A stretch of 64,000 nt of DNA from Nitrospiraceae bacterium (GTDB lineage Bacteria; Nitrospirota; Nitrospiria; Nitrospirales; Nitrospiraceae): contig JBFWWG010000001.1 of assembly GCA_050246315.1 (NCBI GenBank), positions 128,001 to 192,000 on the forward strand. Reading direction: 5' to 3'. Shown here piece after piece: positions 19,073 to 28,152 of this stretch (within the stretch, counting starts at the first letter, position 1; every line of letters begins with the position of its first letter). Under the pieces are notes generated by a model. That model had not been told where the DNA came from and searched no databases. It saw only the letters and a list, made by a program, of their open reading frames with translations. A program made the translations under genes and the position numbers.

Positions 19073-22000
19073 ATGGACCGGTTGCTCGACCTTTCGCTCC
19101 GCTATCGCTTCTTCACCGCCGTGTCGATCCTGCTCGTCATTGCCAGCGGCATCTGGTCCCTCACCCATCTCACCATCGACGCCGTACCGGATCTCACGCC
19201 GGTCCAAGTCCAGGTCCTCTCCAAAGTACCGGCACTCGGTCCGGTGGAAGTTGAACAGTTCGTGACGTTTCCCATCGAGAGTCAACTGAGCGGCCTCCCC
19301 GGACTGCGCGAACTGCGGTCGGTATCCCGCTATGGCCTGTCGGCCGTGACGGCTATCTTCGAGGACCGCACCGATATTTACCGCGCCAGGCAACTGGTGA
19401 GCGAGCGGCTGTCGCGGGCGATCGAACGCATCCCGCCCGAATACGGTCGTCCGATCCTCGGGCCGCTGACGACCGGCCTGGGCGAGGTCTACCAATTCAC
19501 GCTGAAGGGTCCTGGTTACAGCCAGATGGCCTTGCGCACGATATTGGAATGGGACATCGGCATGCGGCTGCGCGCCGTGCCAGGCGTGGTCGAGGTGAAC
19601 ATCTGGGGAGGAGAGACGCAGCAATTCCAGGTCCTGGTCGATCCTGCGAAGTTGCTGGCCTATCGACTGTCTCTCCGGCAGGTCTTCGAGGCGCTGAAAC
19701 GGAACAATGCCATTGCGGGAGGGGGGTATATCGAGCATCTACGTGAACAGGTGCTCATCCGGGGAGAGGCCTTGGCAACGAACGTCACCGACCTGGCGAA
19801 GATCGTGGTGGACCATGGGCCTGGAGGGGTGCCCATCTTTGTGAGGGATGTCGCCGAGGTGAAAGAAGCTCCGGCCCTGCGGATCGGGGCCGCGACGGCG
19901 AATGGTGAGGGCGAGGCGGTCATCGGCATGGTCCAGATGCTCGCGGGCGAGAATGCTCAACAGGTGGTGGAACGTGTGAAGGCGCGGGTCAGAACCATTC
20001 AAGACTCGCTGCCGGCCGGCGTCACCATTGATCCCTATTACGACCGGACCCTGTTCGTTTCGCAAGTCATCCGCACGGTGCGCCACAACCTGCTCGAAGG
20101 CGGTCTCCTCGTCGTCGCCGTCCTCTTTCTGTTTCTGGGAAATCTGCGGGCCGGCCTGATCGTCGCCTCGGCCATTCCGCTCTCGATGCTCCTCGCCTTT
20201 ACCGGCATGGTCCAGGCCGGCCTGTCCGGCAACCTCATGAGCCTCGGGGCGATCGATTTCGGCCTCCTAGTGGATGGATCGGTCGTCATGATCGACAACA
20301 TCCTCCGGCGCTTAGGAGAGAAGCCTCTGAAGACGGCGGAGGAGCGGATTCGCGTGATTCATGAGGCTGGTCGCGAAGTGTTGCGGCCGGTCACGTTTGC
20401 GGTGGGGATTATCATCCTGGTCTATCTGCCGATCCTGAGCCTGACGGGGATCGAAGGCAAGATGTTCCGCCCGATGGCCTGGACGGTCATCCTGGCGCTG
20501 GCTGGCTCGCTGGTGCTCGCTGTCACCGTGACGCCGGTCCTCGCCTCATGGTTTGCACGGAGCACCGGCCGTCACGAAGAGCCGAGGCTGCTGCGTCTGC
20601 TTCGTCTGATCTATGAGCCCTGTTTGGCCTGGTCGCTTGCGCGCCCTCTTCTTGTGACCGGCTTGGCCGTTGCTGTCTTCGCGGCCAGTCTCGTCGTCGG
20701 CGCCACCCTCGGGATTGAGTTCGTCCCACGGTTGGATGAAGGGGACATGGCCGTTCAAGTCTGGCGCCTGCCGAGCGTCTCGCTCACCGAATCAGTGGCC
20801 ACCTCGCTCCAGATCGAACAGGTCCTGCGTCGGTTTCCCGAAGTGGTCCAGGTCGTAACCAGAACGGGCAGCCCAGAGGTCGCCACGGACGTCATGGGCG
20901 TGGAACTGTCCGATGTCTTCGTGATCCTGAAGCCTCGACGAGAATGGACCACGGCCGCCACGCGGGAAGCTTTGATTGCGGCCATGAAGAGCACGTTGGT
21001 CGAGAACGTGCCGGGCATCGGTCTGGGCTTTACGCAGCCGATCGAAATGCGATTCAACGAGTTGATTGCCGGGACACGCTCCGATGTGGCCGTCAAGATC
21101 TTTGGCCAGGACTTAGACACCCTCCGGCAGAAAGCCGAGGCCGTGGCACGCGCGATCGAGACCGTCCGAGGGGCTCAGGACATCAAGATCGAACAAGTCG
21201 CCGGCCTCCCGCTGATGCGCGTCATCATCGACCGCGATCAGATCGCGCGATATGGCCTGACCGCCGACGACGTATTGACGCTGGTTGAAACAACACGCGT
21301 CGGCCGCGTGGTTGGAACGATTGTGCAAGGAGCGCGACGATTCGAGCTGGTCGTGCGGCTGCCGGAAAGCGCCTCCACCGGCCCCGCCCCGTTGGGGACT
21401 CTGCTCATTCCCACCGCGCATGGTGAGTTGGTTCCCCTCTCCCGAGTCGCCGTTATCCGCATGGACAGCGGACCGGCACAAATCAGCCGCGAGGCCGTGC
21501 AACGGCGCATTGTGATCGAATGTAACATCCGTGGGCGCGATCTCGGACGCTTCGTCGCCGAAGCCCAACGCGTGGTCGGGCGGACCGTCGCCTTGCCGAC
21601 CGGCTACTACATGACCTGGGGCGGGCAGTTCGAACATCTGCAAGAGGCCTCGATCAGGCTGGCTTTGGTGGTGCCGGTCACCTTGGCGCTGATCCTGGCC
21701 GTCCTCTCGGTGATCTTCGGGGCCATGAAGCCGGCGTTCCTGATTTTCTTCAATGTTCCGCTGGCGCTCTCCGGCGGTATCCTGGCCTTGGCCCTTCGGG
21801 GTCTCCCGTTCAGTGTTTCTGCCGCGATCGGCTTCATCGCCTTGTTCGGCATTGCCGTGCTCAACGGCGTCGTGTTGGTAAGTCGCATTCGCCAACTGGA
21901 GGCGGAGGGCCATCCTACGGATGAGGCCGTCCGGCAAGGGGCACAGGATCGGCTGCGCCCTGTCCTCATGACCGCCTTGGTCGCAAGTCTTGGCTTTCTC

Positions 22001-22171
22001 CCGATGGCCTTGGCCACGACCATGGGCGCGGAAGTCCAGCGCCCGCTCGCCACCGTCGTGATCGGCGGATTGGCGACCTCGACGATCCTGACACTGCTGA
22101 TCATTCCCGCCCTCTACAAGCGAACGGCAGAACGGAATCAACCGCCCAAGGCGCCATCCGCCCTGGTATGA
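19073..22171 (+). CDS. czcA: CzcA-family heavy-metal RND efflux permease
   Basis: IDAVPDLT, EVEQFVTFPIE, MSLGAIDFG, EFVPRLDEGD, RLRPVLMTA, GAEVQRPLATVVIGG. Confidence 0.93.
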   Translation: MDRLLDLSLRYRFFTAVSILLVIASGIWSLTHLTIDAVPDLTPVQVQVLSKVPALGPVEVEQFVTFPIESQLSGLPGLRELRSVSRYGLSAVTAIFEDRTDIYRARQLVSERLSRAIERIPPEYGRPILGPLTTGLGEVYQFTLKGPGYSQMALRTILEWDIGMRLRAVPGVVEVNIWGGETQQFQVLVDPAKLLAYRLSLRQVFEALKRNNAIAGGGYIEHLREQVLIRGEALATNVTDLAKIVVDHGPGGVPIFVRDVAEVKEAPALRIGAATANGEGEAVIGMVQMLAGENAQQVVERVKARVRTIQDSLPAGVTIDPYYDRTLFVSQVIRTVRHNLLEGGLLVVAVLFLFLGNLRAGLIVASAIPLSMLLAFTGMVQAGLSGNLMSLGAIDFGLLVDGSVVMIDNILRRLGEKPLKTAEERIRVIHEAGREVLRPVTFAVGIIILVYLPILSLTGIEGKMFRPMAWTVILALAGSLVLAVTVTPVLASWFARSTGRHEEPRLLRLLRLIYEPCLAWSLARPLLVTGLAVAVFAASLVVGATLGIEFVPRLDEGDMAVQVWRLPSVSLTESVATSLQIEQVLRRFPEVVQVVTRTGSPEVATDVMGVELSDVFVILKPRREWTTAATREALIAAMKSTLVENVPGIGLGFTQPIEMRFNELIAGTRSDVAVKIFGQDLDTLRQKAEAVARAIETVRGAQDIKIEQVAGLPLMRVIIDRDQIARYGLTADDVLTLVETTRVGRVVGTIVQGARRFELVVRLPESASTGPAPLGTLLIPTAHGELVPLSRVAVIRMDSGPAQISREAVQRRIVIECNIRGRDLGRFVAEAQRVVGRTVALPTGYYMTWGGQFEHLQEASIRLALVVPVTLALILAVLSVIFGAMKPAFLIFFNVPLALSGGILALALRGLPFSVSAAIGFIALFGIAVLNGVVLVSRIRQLEAEGHPTDEAVRQGAQDRLRPVLMTALVASLGFLPMALATTMGAEVQRPLATVVIGGLATSTILTLLIIPALYKRTAERNQPPKAPSALV

Positions 22172-22215
22172 CCAGTGTGTCGTGCACTCGTCGGTCTCAC
22201 CGGCTACTGCCGACG

Positions 22216-22228
22216 TGCAAACTTTGCA
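22216..22228. promoter_or_regulatory. Palindromic putative enhancer site TGCAA-N3-TTGCA (#1)
   Basis: TGCAAACTTTGCA about 100 bp upstream of a -24/-12 site. Confidence 0.65.
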
Positions 22229-22326
22229 TCTCCTTTCCTTTCTGATCATCCCAGCCCCTTTTTGAAGTCTGATCACGCTCACGCAATGTGTTGAAAGTGC
22301 TCGCGACCATCTCGGGATGATGGCCC

Positions 22327-22342
22327 GGGCATGTCTGTTGCT
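22327..22342 (+). promoter_or_regulatory. Putative sigma-54 promoter
   Basis: GGGCATGTCTGTTGCT (GG-N10-GC); IHF-like site with one mismatch at 22284-22296. Confidence 0.6.
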
Positions 22343-22404
22343 CACACTCGTTGCTGAAGATCGTCTCACGGTCACTGAGACGAAATTTTCAGGGATAGCA
22401 AGGG

Positions 22405-22551
22405 ATGAAGCCGCTCACCTGTGCCTGCTGCCATAAGGTATTGACCAGCGCACGGTGGGACAAGAAAACAGAACAATGGTATTGCGTCCAATGCGTCCCG
22501 CCGCTGCCACCGAGTGAGCCGCCAACGGCCAGATCGAGGGCAGTAAGGTAA
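22405..22551 (+). CDS. 48-aa CxxC-x17-CxxC zinc-finger microprotein 1 (not in ORF track)
   Basis: MKPLTCACCHKVLTSARWDKKTEQWYCVQCVPPLPPSEPPTARSRAVR*. Confidence 0.55.
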   Translation: MKPLTCACCHKVLTSARWDKKTEQWYCVQCVPPLPPSEPPTARSRAVR

Positions 22552-22608
22552 GCCGGACGCAACCACCGATGGCCGGAGATCCCATAGTCCAGACTACGAA
22601 GGTACTCA

Positions 22609-22788
22609 ATGAACCTGCCTGAAGCGGCCTCGTTGGAGCCACCTGACAACCCGTGCGAACGCTGCGAGCGTCTCTCGCCTCAACTCTTTTTTGACGGAAC
22701 CAGCCGGCTCCTGCTCTGTCCGCACTGTTTGGAGCACGTGAAACAGGAACAAGCCTGGTCGCTTCTCCGTGACCCGGAAACCGCGTAA
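22609..22788 (+). CDS. 59-aa CxxC-x17-CxxC zinc-finger microprotein 2 (not in ORF track)
   Basis: MNLPEAASLEPPDNPCERCERLSPQLFFDGTSRLLLCPHCLEHVKQEQAWSLLRDPETA*; GAAGG RBS; ends 6 bp before the next ATG. Confidence 0.65.
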   Translation: MNLPEAASLEPPDNPCERCERLSPQLFFDGTSRLLLCPHCLEHVKQEQAWSLLRDPETA

Positions 22789-22794
22789 AGAACC

Positions 22795-23133
22795 ATGGCC
22801 GGAGTGTTTCACCCATTCTCTCAGTCCAATCCCGCCTATCGCGCGCAAATTGACGAAGAGGAGGCCAGACTCTGCCGCCTCATCAGCCGCCATCCGGGCA
22901 GTCGCTCGCTCTCCGCCTATCTGATCTTCCTGCTGGCAGCCAATGACCGTTATGCCGCCGCGATTCGCGAATGCCGGCGAATCCTGAGCCTGTATCCGAA
23001 AGACCCCGTTGCGCTTCTGTGGAAAGAATTGGTTCGGCTGAGATGGCATGAGGCCGCCAGGCGACGGCGCATCCGGCGTCCCGTTCGTCGAGGTCGGCGA
23101 TGGCAGCACGTTTCGCCCGATGCTTGTTCGTAG
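22795..23133 (+). CDS. Small TPR-like protein with Arg-rich tail
   Basis: YLIFLLAANDRYAAAIRECRRILSLYPKDPVA resembles one TPR. Confidence 0.55.
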   Translation: MAGVFHPFSQSNPAYRAQIDEEEARLCRLISRHPGSRSLSAYLIFLLAANDRYAAAIRECRRILSLYPKDPVALLWKELVRLRWHEAARRRRIRRPVRRGRRWQHVSPDACS

Positions 23134-23181
23134 CCGGAATGACGGGCCCGCGCATCTTGAACCAGAGCTGGAGCCATCGGC

Positions 23182-23194
23182 TGCAATCTTTGCA
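23182..23194. promoter_or_regulatory. Palindromic putative enhancer site (#2)
   Basis: TGCAATCTTTGCA about 120 bp upstream of a -24/-12 site. Confidence 0.65.
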
Positions 23195-23313
23195 GACACT
23201 TCCGATACGCACACTCCCGCCCGGCACCCCCGCTTTCATCCCAGTGATTCACGATACCGACAAGGATCGACAACTCAACAACATAGTCCGTCATGGCTCC
23301 GCTTTCATTGGCA

Positions 23314-23329
23314 CGGCATCGGTGTTGCT
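23314..23329 (+). promoter_or_regulatory. Putative sigma-54 promoter
   Basis: CGGCATCGGTGTTGCT (GG-N10-GC), 30 bp before ATG 23359. Confidence 0.6.
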
Positions 23330-23358
23330 TTACCGATGCCGGCAGTGGCGAGGACACG

Positions 23359-23868
23359 ATGCTCAGCGACTGGACTCGTATCGATCTGGCGACGAGATTG
23401 GGCGGGATGAACCGGACGCTCGACCGCCTCGTCGGAAATGAGTCGAGTCGGACGCTGCAGGAAGCCCTCGACGCAGCGATGGGACGAATCGTGCTGGGCG
23501 ATACGAACCAAGCAGCAGCCGTCCTTGAAGCGGCGGTCCAAGCCAATCCGTCCTGGCTCCGTGGATATTTGCTGCTTGCGACCATCTATGAATACGAACA
23601 CAAAGCCGATCTGGCGGCTACCTACATTGAACAGGGCCTGGCCGTCTGTGCCAGGAGTTCGTCCACGCTGCGTTTACAACGTTGGGGCGAGCGAGTCGGT
23701 TCCATTACCGGACCGCTCGCTCGGGATCGCATCATCCAAAACGCCCAGCGCCTGACACGATATGAACGCATCTTCAAACAACGTTTGGCGATGATTCAGA
23801 TCCGGCGTGGCTGTTGGGATGAGGCCTTCGCACAGTGGGAGGCCATCGAAGGAGAGCACGACGCGTAA
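23359..23868 (+). CDS. TPR-containing protein
   Basis: GAGGA RBS; AAAVLEAAVQANPSWLRGYLLLATIY and LAMIQIRRGCWDEAFAQW TPR-like motifs. Confidence 0.7.
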   Translation: MLSDWTRIDLATRLGGMNRTLDRLVGNESSRTLQEALDAAMGRIVLGDTNQAAAVLEAAVQANPSWLRGYLLLATIYEYEHKADLAATYIEQGLAVCARSSSTLRLQRWGERVGSITGPLARDRIIQNAQRLTRYERIFKQRLAMIQIRRGCWDEAFAQWEAIEGEHDA

Positions 23869-23931
23869 CCTCGCACTCGGAGTCGCGAACCACAACACCG
23901 TTGCACAGAGGGCGCCAGGAGACATGAGATC

Positions 23932-24129
23932 ATGACGGACAGTTCACTCGTAGCACAGGATGGCTCACCGACAGGATTCGTCGTTTGCGACCGATGCGCG
24001 CGGCGTTCCCGCGCGCTGGTCTCCGACGAGCTCAGTTCGCAGGAACTTTGTCAGGATTGCTTCACGCAGTTGACTCGCCGCCGTGCCGTCGTCAAACAGC
24101 CGGCCGCCCCCCACAGGTCATGCGGCTAA
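23932..24129 (+). CDS. 65-aa CxxC-x17-CxxC zinc-finger microprotein 3
   Basis: CDRC-ARRSRALVSDELSSQEL-CQDC; GGAG RBS. Confidence 0.6.
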   Translation: MTDSSLVAQDGSPTGFVVCDRCARRSRALVSDELSSQELCQDCFTQLTRRRAVVKQPAAPHRSCG

Positions 24130-24223
24130 CGACGTGACAGGCCTCCGAGCGCATCACTCGCGGACCTTGCATGTGTACAGCCTCGTTCGGGCGTGTTAGC
24201 ATACATACAAGGTCCGACCATCG

Positions 24224-25633
24224 ATGTTTCGGCCTGCTCCGATAGCGACGTTCTTCCGCGGAATTCCCTACAGGCTCATCGCCTCTGTTGTTCTCATCCT
24301 GGCCCTTGTCGTCTCCGTGGTCTTGCTCCTCAGCTTGGAGCACGACAAACTCTTGCTTCAAGGATTCACCGACGGCCACCCTGTCGCTCGTGAAATGTTC
24401 CCCGCTTTGTGGCAGTCGCGTCGCGATTTGATCATGGTCACCGCGCTCCTGTTCCTCGTCAGCGCGATCGGGATCGCGGCGGTCATCACCTGGCTACATT
24501 ACGACAGCACGAGGCGGACTCTGGAAGAGGTGAAAGGGTTGGCCAGGAACATCCTCCAAAGCATTCCGACCGGCATCCTGACGATGAATCACGGCGGAAT
24601 CATCACCGCGGTGAATCCCACAGCCGAGGCGGTGCTGAAGCGCGCCTCGGCCGACTTGCTGGGCAATTCGTATGAAGCGGTGTTTGCGGAGGGGGAGACG
24701 ATCCGAGAGGTCCTCGATGGCGCACTCCGCCGCCATCGGCATGTGAGTCAGAAAGACCTGCCGTACGACGGCGCCGATTATCGAGATCGCACCATCCGCG
24801 TAAGCACAGCCGAACTGACGGGAGACGGCGGGGAACCGACCGGGGTCATCCTACAGGCTCAGGACGTCACAGACTGGCTCGCCTTGGAACAACGCGTGCG
24901 GGTGGCAGAGAAGCTTGCAGCCCTGCATACCCTCTCAGCGGGAGTGGCCCACGAGTTGCGGAATCCCTTGAGCGCTGTGGATTTGAATCTCCACCTATTG
25001 GAAGAAGACCTCCGGGATAGCGGGACATTGAGCGGACAGGGATCCCGGTATCTGCATGTGCTGAATGCCGAATGCCGCCGGCTGTCGGCGATTCTCGACA
25101 ACTTTATGAAGTTTGCCCGTCCAGGGTTGTTGGACTTGCATGAGGTCGACGTGACGGCGCTGATCGAGCATGTCACGACACTGATGCAATTCGAGGCGGA
25201 GGAGCGAAAGGTTCGGCTCGAACTCGATGTGGAGCAGGAAATCCCCCGCGTGATGGGAGATGAAACGGCCATCAGCCAGGTCCTGCTGAACATCGTGGTG
25301 AACGCTCTGCATGCCATGCCGAACGGCGGGCTCTGCCGCATCACCGCGGGAGCACAGGACTCGGTCGGCAAGCGCTGGGTGGCCCTCTCGGTCACGGATA
25401 CCGGAATCGGCATTACGAAACACGAGCTCTCGCGTGTGTTCGAACCGTTCTACACCACCAAGCCCGACGGCACCGGACTCGGTCTCGCGATCGCCTATCG
25501 CATTATGCAGGACCATGGCGGCACCATCCAGGTGTCCAGCGTCCCCGGAAACGGCACCACCGTCGTCATGACCTTCCCCGCGGCATCACGGCATCCCCAA
25601 CCCATTTCCCAACCCGTCCCACTCGTATCATGA
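24224..25633 (+). CDS. Membrane-bound PAS sensor histidine kinase (NtrB/AtoS-like)
   Basis: Two TM segments, PAS (ILQSIPTGIL...VNPTAE), AHELRNPL, NALHAM, DTGIGI, GTGLGL. Confidence 0.93.
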   Translation: MFRPAPIATFFRGIPYRLIASVVLILALVVSVVLLLSLEHDKLLLQGFTDGHPVAREMFPALWQSRRDLIMVTALLFLVSAIGIAAVITWLHYDSTRRTLEEVKGLARNILQSIPTGILTMNHGGIITAVNPTAEAVLKRASADLLGNSYEAVFAEGETIREVLDGALRRHRHVSQKDLPYDGADYRDRTIRVSTAELTGDGGEPTGVILQAQDVTDWLALEQRVRVAEKLAALHTLSAGVAHELRNPLSAVDLNLHLLEEDLRDSGTLSGQGSRYLHVLNAECRRLSAILDNFMKFARPGLLDLHEVDVTALIEHVTTLMQFEAEERKVRLELDVEQEIPRVMGDETAISQVLLNIVVNALHAMPNGGLCRITAGAQDSVGKRWVALSVTDTGIGITKHELSRVFEPFYTTKPDGTGLGLAIAYRIMQDHGGTIQVSSVPGNGTTVVMTFPAASRHPQPISQPVPLVS

Positions 25634-26988
25634 AGCCGGGCGCGCGCATCCTCGTCGTGGACGACGAGGTCAACATTCGTGGGGCGCTGGTGACGATGCT
25701 TGAAAGGAAGGGATACGCGGTACACGGGGTGGGAACCGCGGAAGAGGCGCTGGAGCAGTTGAATACCTCGAATGTGGAATTGGTCATCACCGATCTGAAG
25801 ATGCCCGGTATCGGAGGCATGGCATTCCTTAAACGTCTCAGAGAGCACTGGCCTCAGACAGAAGTCGTGGTGATGACTGCCTACGGATCAATCGACACGG
25901 CCGTCGAAGCGATGCGCGGGGGAGCCTACGATTATCTCACCAAACCCATCGATCGCGAACGATTTCCCGTCGTGGTCGCCAAGGCACTGGAGCGCCAAGC
26001 CCTGGCGAGCGAGAACCGGCAGCTCCGCGACCGTCTCGAAGCGAGAACCCGCTTCGACCAGATGGTGGGCGAGAGCGAGCCCATGCAACGGATCTATACG
26101 CTGGTGGAGATGGTCGCGGACAGCGATGTCACCGTCCTGCTCACCGGCGAAAGCGGAACCGGCAAGGAACTCGTCGCCCGGGCCATTCATCACAAAAGCC
26201 CAAGGGCCGACGGGCCGTTCATCACCATGAACTGTGGCGCGTTACCCGAGAGCCTCTTTGAAAGCGAGTTGTTCGGATACGAGAAAGGCGCATTCACCGG
26301 CGCCGTGACCACCAAGATGGGGCGGTTCGAACTGGCGGACGGCGGCACGTTGCTCCTGGATGAAGTGGGGGAGTTGTCCCTGAAGTCACAGGTTGATTTC
26401 CTGCGCGTCTTGGAAACCAAAGAGTTCAGGCGACTCGGTGGAACCAAACTGATCACGGTGGACACGCGCATCGTGGCCGCCACAAATCGCAATCTTGAAG
26501 AAGCCGTCAAGCAAGGTGGCTTTCGCGAGGACCTCTATTATCGTCTCAATGTGGTGCCGATCCGCCTCCCGCCGCTCCGTGACCGGGCGGACGATATCCC
26601 GTTTCTCATAGAACGATTCCTGGCGGAGTTTTCAGCCCAGCACCATCGTGTTCCAAAAGAGGTGTCACGGGAGGCGATGCGATTGCTGCGGTTCTATGCT
26701 TGGCCCGGGAACATCCGCCAGCTTCGGAACCTCATGGAGCGGTTGGTGGTCACGGTGAAAGACATCATCATCCAACCGGAACATCTGCCCGAGGAGATCC
26801 GAGTCAGCCAGGAGGACGTTCGCACCATGGTGGTGAAGCTCGGGACATCGCTGGAACAAATCGAGCGCGACGTGATCCGGCGGACCTTGGCGGAGGTGAC
26901 CAACCACCGGGAGAAGGCCGCCAAGCTCCTCGGCATCAGCTTGCGGGCCTTGCAGTACAAGATTAAGGAATACGGCATCCGAGACTAG
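25630..26988 (+). CDS. Sigma-54-dependent response regulator (NtrC family)
   Basis: Receiver domain, GESGTGKE, GAFTGA, FREDLYYRLNV, WPGNIRQL, Fis-type HTH. Confidence 0.95.
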   Translation: MKPGARILVVDDEVNIRGALVTMLERKGYAVHGVGTAEEALEQLNTSNVELVITDLKMPGIGGMAFLKRLREHWPQTEVVVMTAYGSIDTAVEAMRGGAYDYLTKPIDRERFPVVVAKALERQALASENRQLRDRLEARTRFDQMVGESEPMQRIYTLVEMVADSDVTVLLTGESGTGKELVARAIHHKSPRADGPFITMNCGALPESLFESELFGYEKGAFTGAVTTKMGRFELADGGTLLLDEVGELSLKSQVDFLRVLETKEFRRLGGTKLITVDTRIVAATNRNLEEAVKQGGFREDLYYRLNVVPIRLPPLRDRADDIPFLIERFLAEFSAQHHRVPKEVSREAMRLLRFYAWPGNIRQLRNLMERLVVTVKDIIIQPEHLPEEIRVSQEDVRTMVVKLGTSLEQIERDVIRRTLAEVTNHREKAAKLLGISLRALQYKIKEYGIRD

Positions 26989-27101
26989 CCCGTTCTTCCG
27001 CCGGCCCTTCTGCCCCTCAATCGATCTTGGAGGTAAACGAGACAGGCTCGCTCGCGCAACAGGGCTTCCAGTTGCGCGCGGGACGCCGTATTTGATCCTG
27101 C

Positions 27102-27158
27102 TGCAAGAATTGCAGTCCGTCCTGTGGGCCGACTCATGAGCCCCATGCAATTCTTGCA
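27102..27158. promoter_or_regulatory. Pair of palindromic putative enhancer sites (#3, #4)
   Basis: TGCAAGAATTGCA (27102-27114) and TGCAATTCTTGCA (27146-27158), starts 44 bp apart. Confidence 0.7.
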
Positions 27159-27264
27159 TGAATCCGATGTGGGGTCGGGGAATTCGATCAGCGGTTCCTG
27201 GCATCGGCTGCACAAGCCCTTCATTTCCTTCAGGCCAGCCCATTACAGTCGCATGTTCATTCTG

Positions 27265-27280
27265 CGGCATCTCCCCTGCA
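27265..27280 (+). promoter_or_regulatory. Putative sigma-54 promoter
   Basis: CGGCATCTCCCCTGCA (GG-N10-GC). Confidence 0.55.
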
Positions 27281-27310
27281 AAGACGCCATGGCGGACATC
27301 TCCGTCGGCC

Positions 27311-27601
27311 ATGACGATGAACAGGAACATAGGCTCCGCCCGGACCCAGCAAGCCGGTCCACAACAATGTGAATCCCGGATCGACCGCGTGACACGGCTT
27401 CAGAATCTGCTGAACGCCTGCCCCACGGATCTGCTGACGCGATTCGAGATGGCCGCGCTGCTTGAGGAGCTCTCCCGGTATGAAGAGGCCTTGATCCACT
27501 GGAAGGCGGTGCTGAGCTGCGACCCGAACAATCTCTCGGCGCGGGAAGGGATGGCCCGGTGCCGGCGGCTGATCGGTCATCCGTTTCAGTCGAGTTTGTA
27601 A
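27311..27601 (+). CDS. Small TPR protein
   Basis: RFEMAALLEELSRYEEALIHWKAVLSCDPNNLSAREGMARC; start chosen downstream of the promoter. Confidence 0.65.
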   Translation: MTMNRNIGSARTQQAGPQQCESRIDRVTRLQNLLNACPTDLLTRFEMAALLEELSRYEEALIHWKAVLSCDPNNLSAREGMARCRRLIGHPFQSSL

Positions 27602-27880
27602 ATGGCGAAGCAGATGGACATCGTGATTACGCAGTATCCCAGTGGGACGGCAACCCTGGTCTGGGTTGATCCGACGAGCGGATCGATTGCGACGACTCAT
27701 GCCGGCTTGCAGGCCAGACTGCGCCGGGGATTGAAGGACTGGGCAGGACGGACCGTCATTCCGGAGGAAGGTCGGGCCTTCTTGTCCGCCGTCTACGATT
27801 CCCTCTTTCTGAACGGGTACCCCGTTCGGTGGGTGAAGGTCGTGTCCCTAAGGACGGTCCGGACCATCTACCGTGTGTAG
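27602..27880 (+). CDS. Hypothetical protein (92 aa)
   Basis: ATG abuts the preceding stop; globular alpha/beta-like composition. Confidence 0.55.
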   Translation: MAKQMDIVITQYPSGTATLVWVDPTSGSIATTHAGLQARLRRGLKDWAGRTVIPEEGRAFLSAVYDSLFLNGYPVRWVKVVSLRTVRTIYRV

Positions 27881-27951
27881 CCCCAATTATTGAGGACCGC
27901 AGACGCAATGCCGGAACCGACGCATCGCCTGTCTGAATAAGGAGTCGGGTC

Positions 27952-28152
27952 TTGAAGTATCTCCGCGTCGTTTTCTTGACCCTGGTGACTGGATTCGCCT
28001 GGCCGGCCTGGCTCTCTGAAGCTGTCACTGTGTTGGACGGAGGATCGATCGTCGGCACCGTGACATTGGATGGAGCCGTGCCCAAACCGAATGGCTACAG
28101 CCTGACCACGCTTCCCGATCAGATCGACAACCCGATCGCGATTCTATGTTGA
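27952..28152 (+). pseudogene. Truncated exported protein, N-terminus of a carboxypeptidase-regulatory-like domain protein
   Basis: AAGGAG RBS plus TTG, signal peptide, VTVLDGGSIVGTVTLDGAVPKP..YSLTTLPD, then abrupt end overlapping hyfB. Confidence 0.55.

Noticed and set aside
26985..27224. Minus-strand 79-aa ORF with CSRC...CKNC as a fourth zinc finger
   Set aside because: Spacer is 14 rather than 17, CKNC is simply the translation of the TGCAAGAATTGCA palindrome, and the ORF overlaps the enhancer region; probably spurious
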